Source of the DNA: Styela clava
Lineage: Eukaryota
DNA: 64,000 nucleotides
Assembly (NCBI RefSeq): GCF_964204865.1
Contig: NC_135257.1
Span: 5,518,001 to 5,582,000, forward strand
Reading direction: 5' to 3'
Below are positions 38,669 to 51,267 of this stretch, piece by piece. How positions within the stretch are numbered: position 1 is the first letter of the stretch; every line of letters starts with the position of its first letter. A model generated the notes under the pieces. It did no database searches. It saw only the letters and a program-made list of their open reading frames with translations, and had not been told where the DNA came from. A program made the position numbers and the translations under genes.

Positions 38669-39262
38669 ATGATAATTCTTAAGATATTTGTATTTGTTGT
38701 TGTTTTTTACTCTACCCACTCGAGGTTTAACAGGGACGTTCAGATCTCCTTCTTCTGATTGTACCCCAACATGAATTAGAAAAATAAATGTCTTTTCGTC
38801 TAGACCAGGGCTACTCAACTGGCGGACCTCGGTCCGAATCCGTGCCTTTCGAGTATTATATTTGGACCTCAGCTGCTTTGAACGCATCATTTAATTTTAT
38901 TTTGTAATAACGATGTAATGCATTTTTCGCTAAACCACTATTTTGATACCAATATAAGGTTTTCAGAGCATCGACTCACCTGTTTACTCTCTTAGCATTT
39001 TCTAATCAGCAAGATGTCAACGGTGGCGTGACAACTGAAGTTTTAACGGCTGCTTGGATATCTTCCACAGATTTTTAGACATGGCGTATTGAAGAGTCTG
39101 TAACTCAATGTTTGCTTGCAACTATTAATTTTTTTTAAAACAAATTTCTGACAAATTCGAATGTTATGAGTACGATCATCAGATCGAGTTTATGATGCGA
39201 TACGGGATCGTGGCAATGGGGAAGACGGTACAAGCTGTGTGCACTGCACTTTCACCAAAGGT
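38669..39262 (+). pseudogene. 5' relic (exons 1-2) of a poly-LDLa paralog
   Basis: ATGATAATTCTTAAGATATTT matches 51268. It has a deletion, the donor GT changed to GG, the exon-2 acceptor AG changed to TG, and deletions in exon 2. Flanks ~38100-39540 align with ~50640-51910. Confidence 0.85.
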
Positions 39263-39541
39263 AGATCAATTTATTAAAATTCATACAGGGATTAATAGGC
39301 CATATTCACTTCATTCAACCATGAAGCTGTAAGCATTAGGTGAAAACCCATGAAATTAATACAACCGTGATTGATAATGTCATTACATTAGAGTCATAAA
39401 AAATCGAAAGTTCGTGATTGGAAATACTTGTAATGTCGGTTGAATCAAGAAATTACATAAATATGAGAAGGAAAATGATCGTGTTTTTGCTCATCACCAT
39501 CTACACATCAACAGCATATGGACGCTATTTTGGTCTATTCT

Positions 39542-42500
39542 GGTTGGTAACGTTATATGCAAATACAACCAAAAATATGCATACACAGCCAACATAAAAA
39601 AACATAACATATATAGTCAATCCCATATGATATACAGCAATTCACGTTATACCTATACGCAGTCAATGTCACATGCATATTTCATGTACAACCAATTATA
39701 TTTAATGTGCATTTGTCAAGGTCATGTACATACACAGCATACATACCTAACTCAGTATACATAAACAGCCATTTAAGTATCTAAATGGCATATTCAATAA
39801 TTTTTTCGTATTTTCGAATCATTCATTATTACTGTTCATTTTTTTGTGTAGGTGACATTTGGATTTATGACACATTAGTTTGTTTATTTCTACAACTATA
39901 ATGATTAAATTGTAATATTATTATTAATGATTTGCGATTGATTAACCGATAGGTGTTCATTTGACGTATGGAAGTTTCGAGGTTCATTTAAGACAGCAGA
40001 ATGTACGTACTTTATTTAAACTTCAACCAAAAAGATTTGCGTCTCAGCCACGAGTCTTACAAACATATTTTGAAAATATATACATTTTGTTTTTCTATTG
40101 GTTGTTAACATTGCTTGCTCTATCCATAAGCTAGGCGACAGCGGCTCCCAACCTTTTTTTCAAGCCACTCAAATTTTTCTAAAAAATAAAGTTTGTGAAA
40201 ACTTTCAACGTTTTTGTTAAAACAAGCAATCCAGGAGTAGCCTAATTTCTGGCGACCCAGTTTTGGGCAGGGATTGATAGGCTAGGAAACACTGAGCTAG
40301 GGGTTTGTAAGAGACTGAGAAATGCCTTCACTTCTGATTAGTTAGGTTAATTATGCCCCATCCAATAAATGGCGCAAAATAAGTGGATAAAAAGTTAAAA
40401 AAACGAGCTCATTGTATGGAAAACGTTCAAAACAGAAACTTGCCCTAAATCGAACCGATTTAAGTGAAGTATTGTTGCCAATGCGCGCTATACATCTCTG
40501 GCAGCAGCTCTGGGTCGCCTTGAGTCGGTATTGTCGCAATATATTTAAGCTTTTCAAATGAAATTATGTTTTTATTATTATTAAACTACTGTAAGAGAAT
40601 ATAAACATCATTTCATATGTTAAAAATATATGCTAAAACCTTCATGGATAATATAGATCTATTTGCTTCAAAAAGCGATGGAGGTGGTAACGTGACATAC
40701 ATATACTGCCACGAATATGCATATACCGCCAACATATATGCATATACAGCCAACCAAATTATATACTGCCGAGTCATGTGCATAATATAGCCAAGTCAAT
40801 ATACAAATACAGTCATTAAGGTAATGTGGGGGCAAGTTGGGAAGGTTGGGACAATTTTTTTGCATATTTTGAAACGTTTATTGTGCATAATTATTTCACT
40901 CTGCGGGACTAGTGCTGAGAGGAATAAATTTAGTTTTCATCCAGCGACTACGAAATTACCTTGTGACTCACATCTTACCCCCAAAATGCTTTGAAAAACG
41001 TTTGTCAAGTGTCCCACTATACGTACTTCCCTTAGGGGCACATTCGGACTGACCCTGGGCAAAATGGGGCATTCTGTTAAAGTATTCCCTTAAAAATAAG
41101 CAAAGAATCAGCATCATCATCTAAGGAAAGGGGGGACTTGAAATTTAATATTTTTATAATCAGTGTTCAACCAAAATATTTCAGATATTCTTTCAAAAAA
41201 ATATTCAAAGAAATTCCGGATACAGTATGAGTGTGAGAACTGATTTTCCACTGTCCCCCATGTAACACCGTGGCCCACTTTCCCCTACCAATACATAATA
41301 CATCTCATAATACCGTACCAAGTTACATATATGAAAATATAGCCAACTCAATATACAAATACATTCATTTAAGGTGATGTACAAATACTGCCAGATCATT
41401 TCATAAGAAACCAATTTTTGTATATGCGGTTGCATCTATGAATTACATGCACATTGCGCGTCGTTTCTAAAATTAGCGCAACAAAAAGCGTAAAAAACTC
41501 CAAAGCTGTTAGTGATCGATACGGTATTATTATAGAGGGGGTAAGGCTATACATACATGTTGATTGCGCACAAAAAGACATGGAACTACCAGTATTCGTA
41601 GTTCATGATAACTGTACAATAGGTACTAACCTATAATATCATAATACTCCACAACAGCTGGTTTGTTGTTAACATGAAAAATGTGCTGGCTGAAAATCTC
41701 TTTTCAGATGACTATTCTTTGGCTACTAGAAATAAACTGTCCCAGACTAATCGAATTAACCCTAATCAGAAAATAAAAAAACATAAAACTACCGGGGCGC
41801 GTATAGTCATTGATAAATGTCCAATAGGCGCCAATATACGATGTAATAATACCACAACAGCTGATCGTTGATAACACGAGAAATGTGCTGGCTGAAAATC
41901 TGTTTTTAAAGAACTATTATTTTAATTACACTAAACTAAATGATACTGATTAATTTTTTACATATACTTCATACTAAGTGTAAGAAACTTCCATCAATAG
42001 CCGTTTTGGAGTTTTTGAGAGTCATTTTTAACGCAGTCATTATATTAATATGACTTCCAAGATACGTCTTGAAAATGCAACTGCATCGGTACATAATATA
42101 CAGTAAGTGCAAGTATGTGAAATAAATTGCCTATGATGTTGCATGACATCGCTTATTAAATACCTTCATATATACATGAGATTCACTATACATACATATG
42201 ACATTGGCCGATTGAGTACATTACTTGAGAGGCCGTATAAGTATATTGCATAGTCCATATACATGAGCATATTGCATTGATTGCGAATAAACACTACTCG
42301 ATTGACCGTATATGTATATTAATTTGACTACATATGCGTATGATATTGACTTTTGTATGTGCATTATTTCGACTTGCTGTCTTTATGTGACTATTGTCTG
42401 ATCTAATTGGCTGTATATATATATATATATATGACATTGGATGTGTAAGTACATCACCAAAATGTCGATATTTGTATATTAATTGGCATGCATATGAAAT

Positions 42501-42566
42501 TGGCTCTATATGCATATTTAGTTGGTGCTATTTGTATATTTTTGACTGTATATAACGTTACCAACC
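39542..42566. mobile_element. Inverted-repeat-bounded mosaic element with degenerate ATATACAGCC-type subterminal arrays
   Basis: GGTTGGTAACGTTATAT at 39542 and ATATAACGTTACCAACC ending at 42566, with mirrored low-complexity arrays. No clear TSD. Confidence 0.5.
40139..40294. mobile_element. Small degenerate Charlie-like MITE
   Basis: CAGCGGCTCCCAACC...GGCTAGGAAACACTG with AGCTAGG near both flanks. It is absent from the duplicate block near 48483. Confidence 0.6.
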
Positions 42567-44432
42567 CCACTGATTGATTAAGACCTGATTAACTTTACAA
42601 ATTCTAAGAATGGCAACGATATTTCAACGGAATGACGCAAATATATACCATTTCACAGCACGCAAGAACCAAGTAGGAGTTCAACTGGACGTATTGAGAA
42701 GAACGTACATAAGAGATAGAACGTCAGATACTATGAAGCAAACAGGAAACTGAATGATATATGGAAAATGGAAGTCAATTAAGGATGAAGACGGGTTTAC
42801 CAGATCGTTTCTTTTTTTAACGATAATGCAATAATTTGTTTGAATTTGATATTTGAAAACTCACGATGTAACAAATCGAGTAAAATGCCTTGTAAATATG
42901 AGCAAAAATCCTACAATCGAATTAGCTTCAGAACAGTCACAGCTTGAAATTATTCAGCACAGCAAGTGCATTGTTTACATCGGGATCATGTGAATCACAT
43001 ATGAAAGTAGTGCAACACGACTGGTGTATTATTTAGACCAGGCATTACATTATGTACTAATGGAACAAATGTGTCCTTGACGTAAGCGTGAGGGTCATAT
43101 TAATTTCCGCATATGAACAATTCCCACATTACAATTCAAATAATGACGCAGTGGCAACTCATTTTCCATGGTAATTACAACAAACAATAGGCAGGCACGT
43201 TCGGCAAGTAAACGACAACCAACAGCCGTGTGCTTCCTCTTACGCTAATGAATACATAAACGCCGTACAACAATTTTTGTCTCGTGCATTGAAAGTGAGG
43301 TTCTACGAGGGCCACAAAACATTGTTTGCGAGCTGTATTCGGTCCACGGACCGAAGTTTGCTGACGACTGAAACAGATCATGAAGAACCGATCTCGACAC
43401 CTTCATGGCGTATAAAAAAAAGTGTGTTCCACTTGTTCCCATTTGTGTCTCATGTCCCATACATCAATTTGCACCACGCTTGCTCAAAAACTCGGCCCTC
43501 ACTATATGCACGATGTGAATATATGAACATACATTTTCAGTGAAACAAATACGCAAATATATACACAAGAGCACATATTATCTATAAAGCTTGAACGAAC
43601 AATAGAATCACGACCTGCTTCCAGTAATTTAATTGAATTTGTTTGAATTTTTTGTCCAATTGTAATAGAAAGCATGAATATCCACTTTATAGTGTTAAAA
43701 TTTTTAGTCAAATTTGACCAAAATGGTATGTAAATTGATGCAAATAGCCAGCTTCAATAATTTGGCATAGTATGGTAGTTTCAAACTGCTCGTAGTTTCT
43801 ATCAATAGCGGCAAGTACTTTTCCTTGTTTGTTTTACAAATTAGAATTTACAGCTGATCCATTTTTAATGTATCTTCACTAATAATAGCATGAATTAGCA
43901 AACAAACGTATTGTACACGGGGTGCCGTTTAACTAAATGTCCTTTCAAATAACTGGAGTTTGAATAATGTATTTCAAAAACTTTTCCAGAAAAATAGTAT
44001 ATATCGTGCAATGAGTCGTCTAAACCGATTTTAAACATGCGGTTGGATGGCCCCTCCTTGTATATAGAATAAACCAGGAAATACTACGTCACACGGAAGC
44101 CCAATATATTAGTTCAAAATTAAGGAAACAGGCTTGAATATGATATAGGTGGCTTGATAGCAAGATATACTACTATATGTAGATAGCTCGAATAGATGAA
44201 AGGTGAAATATTTATGTATATTATAATGTAAAAGTGTATGAAGGTATAAAGTTATAGCACGTAATGGTCTTTCACATTTAGTAATGATGGTTTTCTGCCC
44301 CAATAATTTTTTTTATCAGGTATACACTGTTTTATTTTAACACAAAATAAGAGTTATAGTAAAGATAAGTAAAACTGAATTACACTTAAATCCGGGTATC
44401 CGATTTCGACGACTCATTTATTACCGAAGAAA

Positions 44433-47400
44433 ATGATGAAGTTAATTCTATCAGCGATTCTCGTCCTCTATGCCGAGTTAGCCAGAGGTACGTAGCATTT
44501 TAAGTTGAAATAACTCAAATATGTACATATTTCGAACAACAGAACTGAGTTCTGTCAAAAAGAAAAAAAAGTCAATACATATGTATGAAAGTATTTGATT
44601 CTGAGAGCATACATAATTTATTCATACGAAAACGGTTACGCTATTTTTGGTGTATTATAGCAGTCAAATAATTCACGGTGCCTATATTTCCTTTTGTGTT
44701 CAACAATTATGCACCAAAAACAAGCACCCAATCTAAGCTTAATTAATCTTATGTGTCAATTGATAAATATTTTGGAAGATAAATTTACCAGCTTTGCATT
44801 TAACAAAGTTATTGTTTTAGGTCTCGAAAAGTGCATGATTCCAGCTTTATGCAATAACAGGCAAATACCAGCTTGGATACCTTTTCAGGTACTTTTGGGT
44901 GCGTGTGACTCAGAGTAGGTTTACCCTATATCAAATCTAAACTACTGTTTTAAACACTGATATGAGCATAAAATGATGTGTTGTGAATTTTATGTACCGC
45001 TATATGAATTCACATTTGTATTACATACAATATCACATTTGTGTTACATACACGGTTTTGTCAACGTTGAGCTATTTTCAAAAAAAGTATATTTTAAAAT
45101 AAAAACAGTAATTTCTTTGGCTCAATCAGCAGTATTTCTGATATTCGTTTCATGCAAATACAGTTTTCAGCTTACATAATGTATTTTGAAAACATCACGC
45201 AATTTGAACTAAACGCCCAATGCCCCACCATATATGATATAAAATAATGATTGCATTGAATATATGTGCAGAAATTCAATATAATTTGACAAATTTTTTT
45301 TCCAGCCGCAACAATTCAACGATGACTGTGATCGAAGACTAAAAGATTTGCAAGGTTGTCAAGGTTCCGGTTGTCTTGCCTCGTAGATTTATGTTTGACT
45401 GTTTATGATTACAGCTTATTCAAATCTCCGAAAAAATTAATGTATATATAATTGCAAGTGCGAGCCCCGTTTATCAGACAATAAATGAATCTACGTTATT
45501 CAGACTACAATCACTTGTATTGACGACGGAACAAATTGCGACTGATCGCCTTGGAGATGGTGAAGAATAGTGCGACAATCGCATTTTATTTGTAGTCAAT
45601 GTTCAAAATATTATAACGCTTTTTGCAAAATGTTTTTATTTTATTTTATATAATTTGACTTTGATCCAGTGGTCCGTCAGTCGAATGTTACTGATTTTAA
45701 AAAACTGCTTCACCATATGATTATTTTACCTTCAAATATAATATTAATGAGTATTCTTTTCTTGTCTTATGCCAGACACCTTTAAATCAGAAAAAGAAAA
45801 TAATTATCCGTGTGTTTAACCATTGAAAAAGGTAAAATATATACTCTATTTTGAAAACCATTTTTATTATGTAAATGCTTTCATTTTCTTAGACCGTCAC
45901 GATTTATTGAAGAATCAACTCTCGATGTTCTCTAAACAGCCACATTTTTCTGAAAAAATTGCACTTACCGCAGCAAATGCACAACCAACAACTGATGTAA
46001 TGAACACCATTCAGTCATTTGATGCAACAAAAAACAATTCACATTACATTAACAACTATTCAAACAGGACCTGATAAACAATTGACAACTGCCATGCAAA
46101 CAACTGAGATGCAACGAACAGTAAAACCAGGTGCGTGCGCGTGCTTATAATTTGTTCGAAATATTGTTCAGCAAAATGGTATTTTCGCACAAAAATTGAT
46201 TCTTTGATTCAGAATTTATAATAAAATAACTTGATAGCAATGCTCAAATATATGAACACATAGGTTAAATGTCATTGAAAAAGTTTGTGCAATTTAACAA
46301 CAATTTTTTTTTTTTCACAAACTTATTTTGATAACACGATAGTTGGAGGGTCTCCCTAAAACCAGGCACTTGCGAATTCAGGCACTTTGATATATTTTAT
46401 TTTTACCGTACGTCATTAGGGTTTCCAATTTACCTGACAAGATAATTAGACTTTAACATTGATTACAAAATATAGAAATCAGGCAGTTGTGAAATTTCAG
46501 GCTCTATTTTACTATGTATCTGATTACTCTAAAGCAGAAATTTAAATATATACACTTTGTATGGTTAAATTTACAACATTTTGGTAAAATACAATACCGG
46601 TTGTGACTGATGGAGACGTGTCATATTTCGCAAGTGCCTGATTTTTCATTTTTCTTGGTGACAGTTGCCATATTTTTTCGCAATTATTTTCTTAAATTAT
46701 TTGCGTCAGAACTTACTATTCTTTGCTTTCTAACGCAAATTCATTGTTCCACAACAATTTGAGCGTTTTTATTAATGCAATGAGCAATACCATTTGACAA
46801 CATATGGTCAACCATCGTACTTTCTGGATTTATTTGAAATTGAATATGAATGATAAAATCTGGCAACCTCAAGCACAAAATGCTAAAATCAGGCAAAACC
46901 TTGGTCAGACGAAACGTTACAGAAATATATTTGTGTTAGTGTGCAGCAAGACTCTTAATAGTCTTAAATCACTTAGGATAGTTATCTTTACTCTTGCTAC
47001 AGCATTCTCGCAATATATATGCATACGGATCCGCCGGCACAAAAGCATAGAAGAAGGATAAGTAGTTAGTCTCGCAGAAACCAAATCATTAACGACTAGT
47101 ACTAGTTCATCTCGTAAAATAAAATCACAGTGTTTGACTAGTCTCAAATTGCTTTTAATATTTTGTCGTCTTTTTCAGCTTGTCCACGGTCTGTTTTCAA
47201 CTTTACTAGTCCTTCCCAAAAAACTGATTATGTGAGAATCAAAGTGCCAGTACCGGAATTCACTGACATATCAATATGCTCATGGGTTGAAGTATCCAAA
47301 ACTTCTTATAAACATATCCATACCTTGCTAAGTTATGCAACAATAAATTCTTCTAACACGATATTAATCGAGTTCATCAAGACGGCTAAAATAAAAGTAA

Positions 47401-47795
47401 CGGTTAACGGTATAATATTGATGACCCACAACATTGATGTCAGCTTCAGAACCTTTTTATGCTTCATTATGGCCACTGATACAAAGATCTTTGTGAATGG
47501 ATCTTTGAAGGCGGAATCAGAGATACACAGTAAGCCAATTCCAGGAAACGGTTTGCTCGTCATTGGCCAGGATCAAGATAGAATTGGAGGAGGATTTCGC
47601 GCTCACCAGTCATTTTTTGGAATAATTGAGAACATATTCATTTGGAATCGCGCACTTACTGACGAGGAAATGCATGAAATGCATGAGCATAAATGCAAGT
47701 GTCCTAATGATTACGTCATTTCCGCCAATCAAACTGTTTCCGTTACTAAAGGAAATGTGATAGCAACATATACGCAAGATTGTGTAGCTCCCTGA
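44433..47795 (+). CDS. Secreted pentraxin-domain protein with a Thr-rich stalk (frameshifted as assembled; possible pseudogene)
   Basis: Signal exon 44433-44487 (MMKLILSAILVLYAELAR), candidate exon 45306-45354, Thr-rich exon ~45893-46130 with an extra A in 46029-46034, and last exon 47179-47795 with pentraxin motifs (SICSWV, TLLSYAT, IFVNG, LVIGQDQDRIGGGF..QSFFGIIENIFIWNRALT.EEM). The pentraxin domain is a secure call; the upstream joins are less certain. Confidence 0.75.
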
Positions 47796-49547
47796 TCACA
47801 AATTGTGAACATTTGCTTAATCTACATTTTCTTATCAGACCAATGCTTTCAATACCAGATTCTTCTTCTTCACCCATTTGGCAATAAACGAGGGAAAAGC
47901 TTCCACCTCCACGGCCATTGCAGCCCATCTTGAAAGTGATTATTTTTTATCAGTCCTGGCTGACGAATATACTGAATGTGATTAATTTTTAAATCTTTTA
48001 TGATTGCACACAATTTTACGACACTGTACAGAGTTTTGTACTACAGTTTAAAGATATGGATTTTTAACCAACTTTATTTCTAATTCTAATATTTCTAATT
48101 TTAAAATTGCGTAAATTATATATTAAATATCAAGTAAGTGGATGGTATATTCAATTATTTTCGGATTTCAATTTAGTCAAATCATGCATTATTACTATTC
48201 ATTTTCATGTGTAGCTGACATTTGGTTATGTCACATTTGTTTTCTTCTTCGTATCATTATTATGATTAAATTGTATTATTATTTTGAATGATTTACACTA
48301 TCAGTAGATGTTCAATGACGTATGGAAGTTCATTTATTTCGGTGGAATGTACATATTTTTTGTTAACTCCATACAAACGAGTCGGGTTTTAGATAAGTTA
48401 ATTCTTACAAACATATTTTAAAATTGCGATGTATTATTAAATTTTGTGTCTCCAAGATTGTCAATATTAATTGCTCGCGTAAGCAAGGAGTTTGCAAGAA
48501 ACTGAGAAAAGTCTCATTTTTTGAATAGTTAGGTTGAGTGTGCATCATACTTGAATGGCATTGATTGGTTCTGCAGTACTATTGAATTCAATATGAGCTG
48601 TAAATTTCCGGCAGCATTTGGATCGCCTTGAGTTGGTGTTGTCGCGATCTATTCACCTTATTTCAAAAGAAAACTATACTATAAACTACCACAAGACAAT
48701 GTTTTATTTCATGTGTACGAACGACATCTATGCGCTTCATTGCCGATGTCATCTTGAATAGTGAAGAATAAATAAGACTATAGGATTCTACAGGCAACTA
48801 AAATACGATGTCAATATTTCTAAGGCTCTCCAAGAATAGTAGTAAACCCTCTAAATTTCACAGAAGACATGAACCACACACCAGTCAATCAATTTGTATG
48901 TTTTTCCAAATTATACTAGCGTGTTACCAGTACAGGTCAGACATGTGAATGATAACCATGTGGAGATTAGATCAAGCTACGCTATTTTTCTACAGTGCGA
49001 TTCATTTCTTTGCAACATTTTGGAGTGTAATGAACAAGTTTGTGGGTGATTTAATACAATGTTCAAAAGAAACGAATGAAAAGAGTTGCATGAAAGTTTT
49101 TAGATCATATTCAAAACTTACGGTCTAGTTTGACACTTCATCAATAGGTTATTTTATATCTTTAATTTTGAGATTAAAATTAGGAAAAAAATGTTAAAAA
49201 ATTGGGAAATCTAAATGACAAGAACGACCTTTATTGAAATTGGATCTCGACTTCAGTTTGTATCTCCTAAAATACAATGAGGATTTCTTGAAACGAACAA
49301 CCTAGTATATATTGTAGGCTACGTTATATCATAGGAAAATTATGAACTGAGAATTGAACTAAGAATTCTCCTTAGAGATGATGATGATAAATATTAATTA
49401 TGTTTAAACAATATGCAATATTGCTTTGTAGAAAGATTCAAATATTTTGGCCATTCTTATATGTCGTCTCGAATATTAATTAATTGATGTTGGTAACTAT
49501 GTAAAATGTTCCGAAATCAAATTTATTACTCAAAGTATAGGATAGGA

Positions 49548-49665
49548 TAGGATTTACATATTCATCACGGGGAGAGGAAAGCCGGTAAGACGGCTTAATC
49601 ATATCGCGAACCACGGCTTCTCGTCCGGTTACCAGTCCCAGGTATGGTATGGGATTAGGTATTTG
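49548..49665 (-). repeat. SINE/LINE-type 3' end with an (ATCCT)n tail
   Basis: AGGATAGGATAGGAT tail followed by a GC-richer structured segment. It is absent from the paralogous intron at ~60990. Confidence 0.45.
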
Positions 49666-49926
49666 TTTTCGGAAGCATGGACTTGATTTAAATATGGCAT
49701 AAAAAGTATACGACTTACTTACAATATTATATTATTTGTCACTCAATTACCTCTAATATGTTAGACTAGAGCATTAGTCCTCAATGTGCTCCATACGGAG
49801 GCCCAGGACTCCGTGAGAGAAACTTAGCGGCCTGTCCGCAAGCTATTCATTTACTTATAAAAATTCCGATTTGGTTAATTTTGTGACTGTCCAAAGAAGC
49901 AATAACGACATCAATTTAATTTGGCA

Positions 49927-50035
49927 ATAGTAGTGTCGAAATGTGGCAAAGAAGCTGTAATTCAAATAGGACATTATCTGAGTTCCAACAGACGATTTCA
50001 ATTACCGCCTTGTTGCCACATTTCGACACTACTAT
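49927..50035. mobile_element. 109-bp micro-MITE or hairpin
   Basis: Perfect 23-bp inverted repeat ATAGTAGTGTCGAAATGTGGCAA/TTGCCACATTTCGACACTACTAT, with imperfect extension inward. Confidence 0.75.
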
Positions 50036-51267
50036 ATTAAAATGATTGACATATGTATTTCTCAAATACAAAGCAGCAAATACATCCGAGTAGTTAAATG
50101 AAGTAATTTCTATTTACTCAGAAACATTAATCGTGAGTAGCAATTTTTTTGTTTTTATAATTTCATTGTGTGGCTCTGTATATACCAGTCAACCTCTTCA
50201 TGGGTTCTCTTCATAACCTCTTCATAACACAAAAAAGAACCTTTGTGTTGGAAGATGAATCAGTTGAAGTTGATTGCGCATATTACGGGAATTGATATAC
50301 ATGGCAAGGCTCAACTTCAGTAGCTAATTTCAATTATCATTTAATCTCATCATTCATACATTGTTTCGTAATTCCTGTGGTAGGTTATAATTTCATGGAA
50401 TATGAAACTACCACCGAGTATCTTATACCACGTTCACAGAGTGTTTCATTTCATATTTTACCTTCAACTGCCGAAATGTGAAACGAAAATCCAGTATCAA
50501 ATTTCCTGTTTTAGTTGCAGGCTCGATTGTGAATAAACTGCTATTACTTTATATATATTAATAAAAAATTTTGAGCTCACATAGTTAGCAAATTGAACAA
50601 AGTGGAATGGAAATACTCAGAATGTTTCTCAAACCTAGCCATTCAAAATAGGTTATTTTTAATTCTGGCAAGAGAAGCAGTTTTTTATCTTCAATTGCTC
50701 ACTTCGAAAAAGTAGATTAGTTTCAAGAAAGATTGTACAATAATAAAAGTTTACGATGCCTAATAAGATTTTTTATTCTTTTTTGTTTGACGCAATAACA
50801 TGATCATTGCTTGAACGACAATCATGTAAAGAGGTATTTCCCGCCATCGCCCACACATTATGTCATAAGGCTTGCGGGTTGAAATTTTTCTACTTAGTGC
50901 AAAACGTGATATCCCTTGAAGGATCTCAATATAGGTCACCGATTGCGATTTACCGACGTCGACAACGTCGTTTAATCGAAAATATTACTTCCCGATTACT
51001 TGTTTTGTTTCTGAATCAAAATAAAATTCTACGATTTGGTATAAATCAAGCACATCGTGAATTTTGCAGACTTTTATATTTCGCCTACGGCGTTGGTAAT
51101 TTTCCACACCTCGACAAAATTTATCCAAACAGAGCAAATAAATTATGAGAATACGATGTCAGTGAACCGGTTGACAAGGCAAGGCATGCAAGCAATATTG
51201 CAAGTTGAAACTTTTCAAAAAGAATAACCAATCTTTTTATTTAAAGTATTTCGTTGGCAGAAAGAAG

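Larger units (their letters stand above)
48996..50295 (+). pseudogene. 3' relic (exons 9-10) of a poly-LDLa paralog
   Basis: 48996-49095 aligns with exon 60553-60654, with indels. CACTCAATTACCTCTA at ~49740 and GATTGCGCATATTACGGGAATTGA ending at 50295 match the start and end of exon 61018-61152, separated by inserted DNA. Confidence 0.82.
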
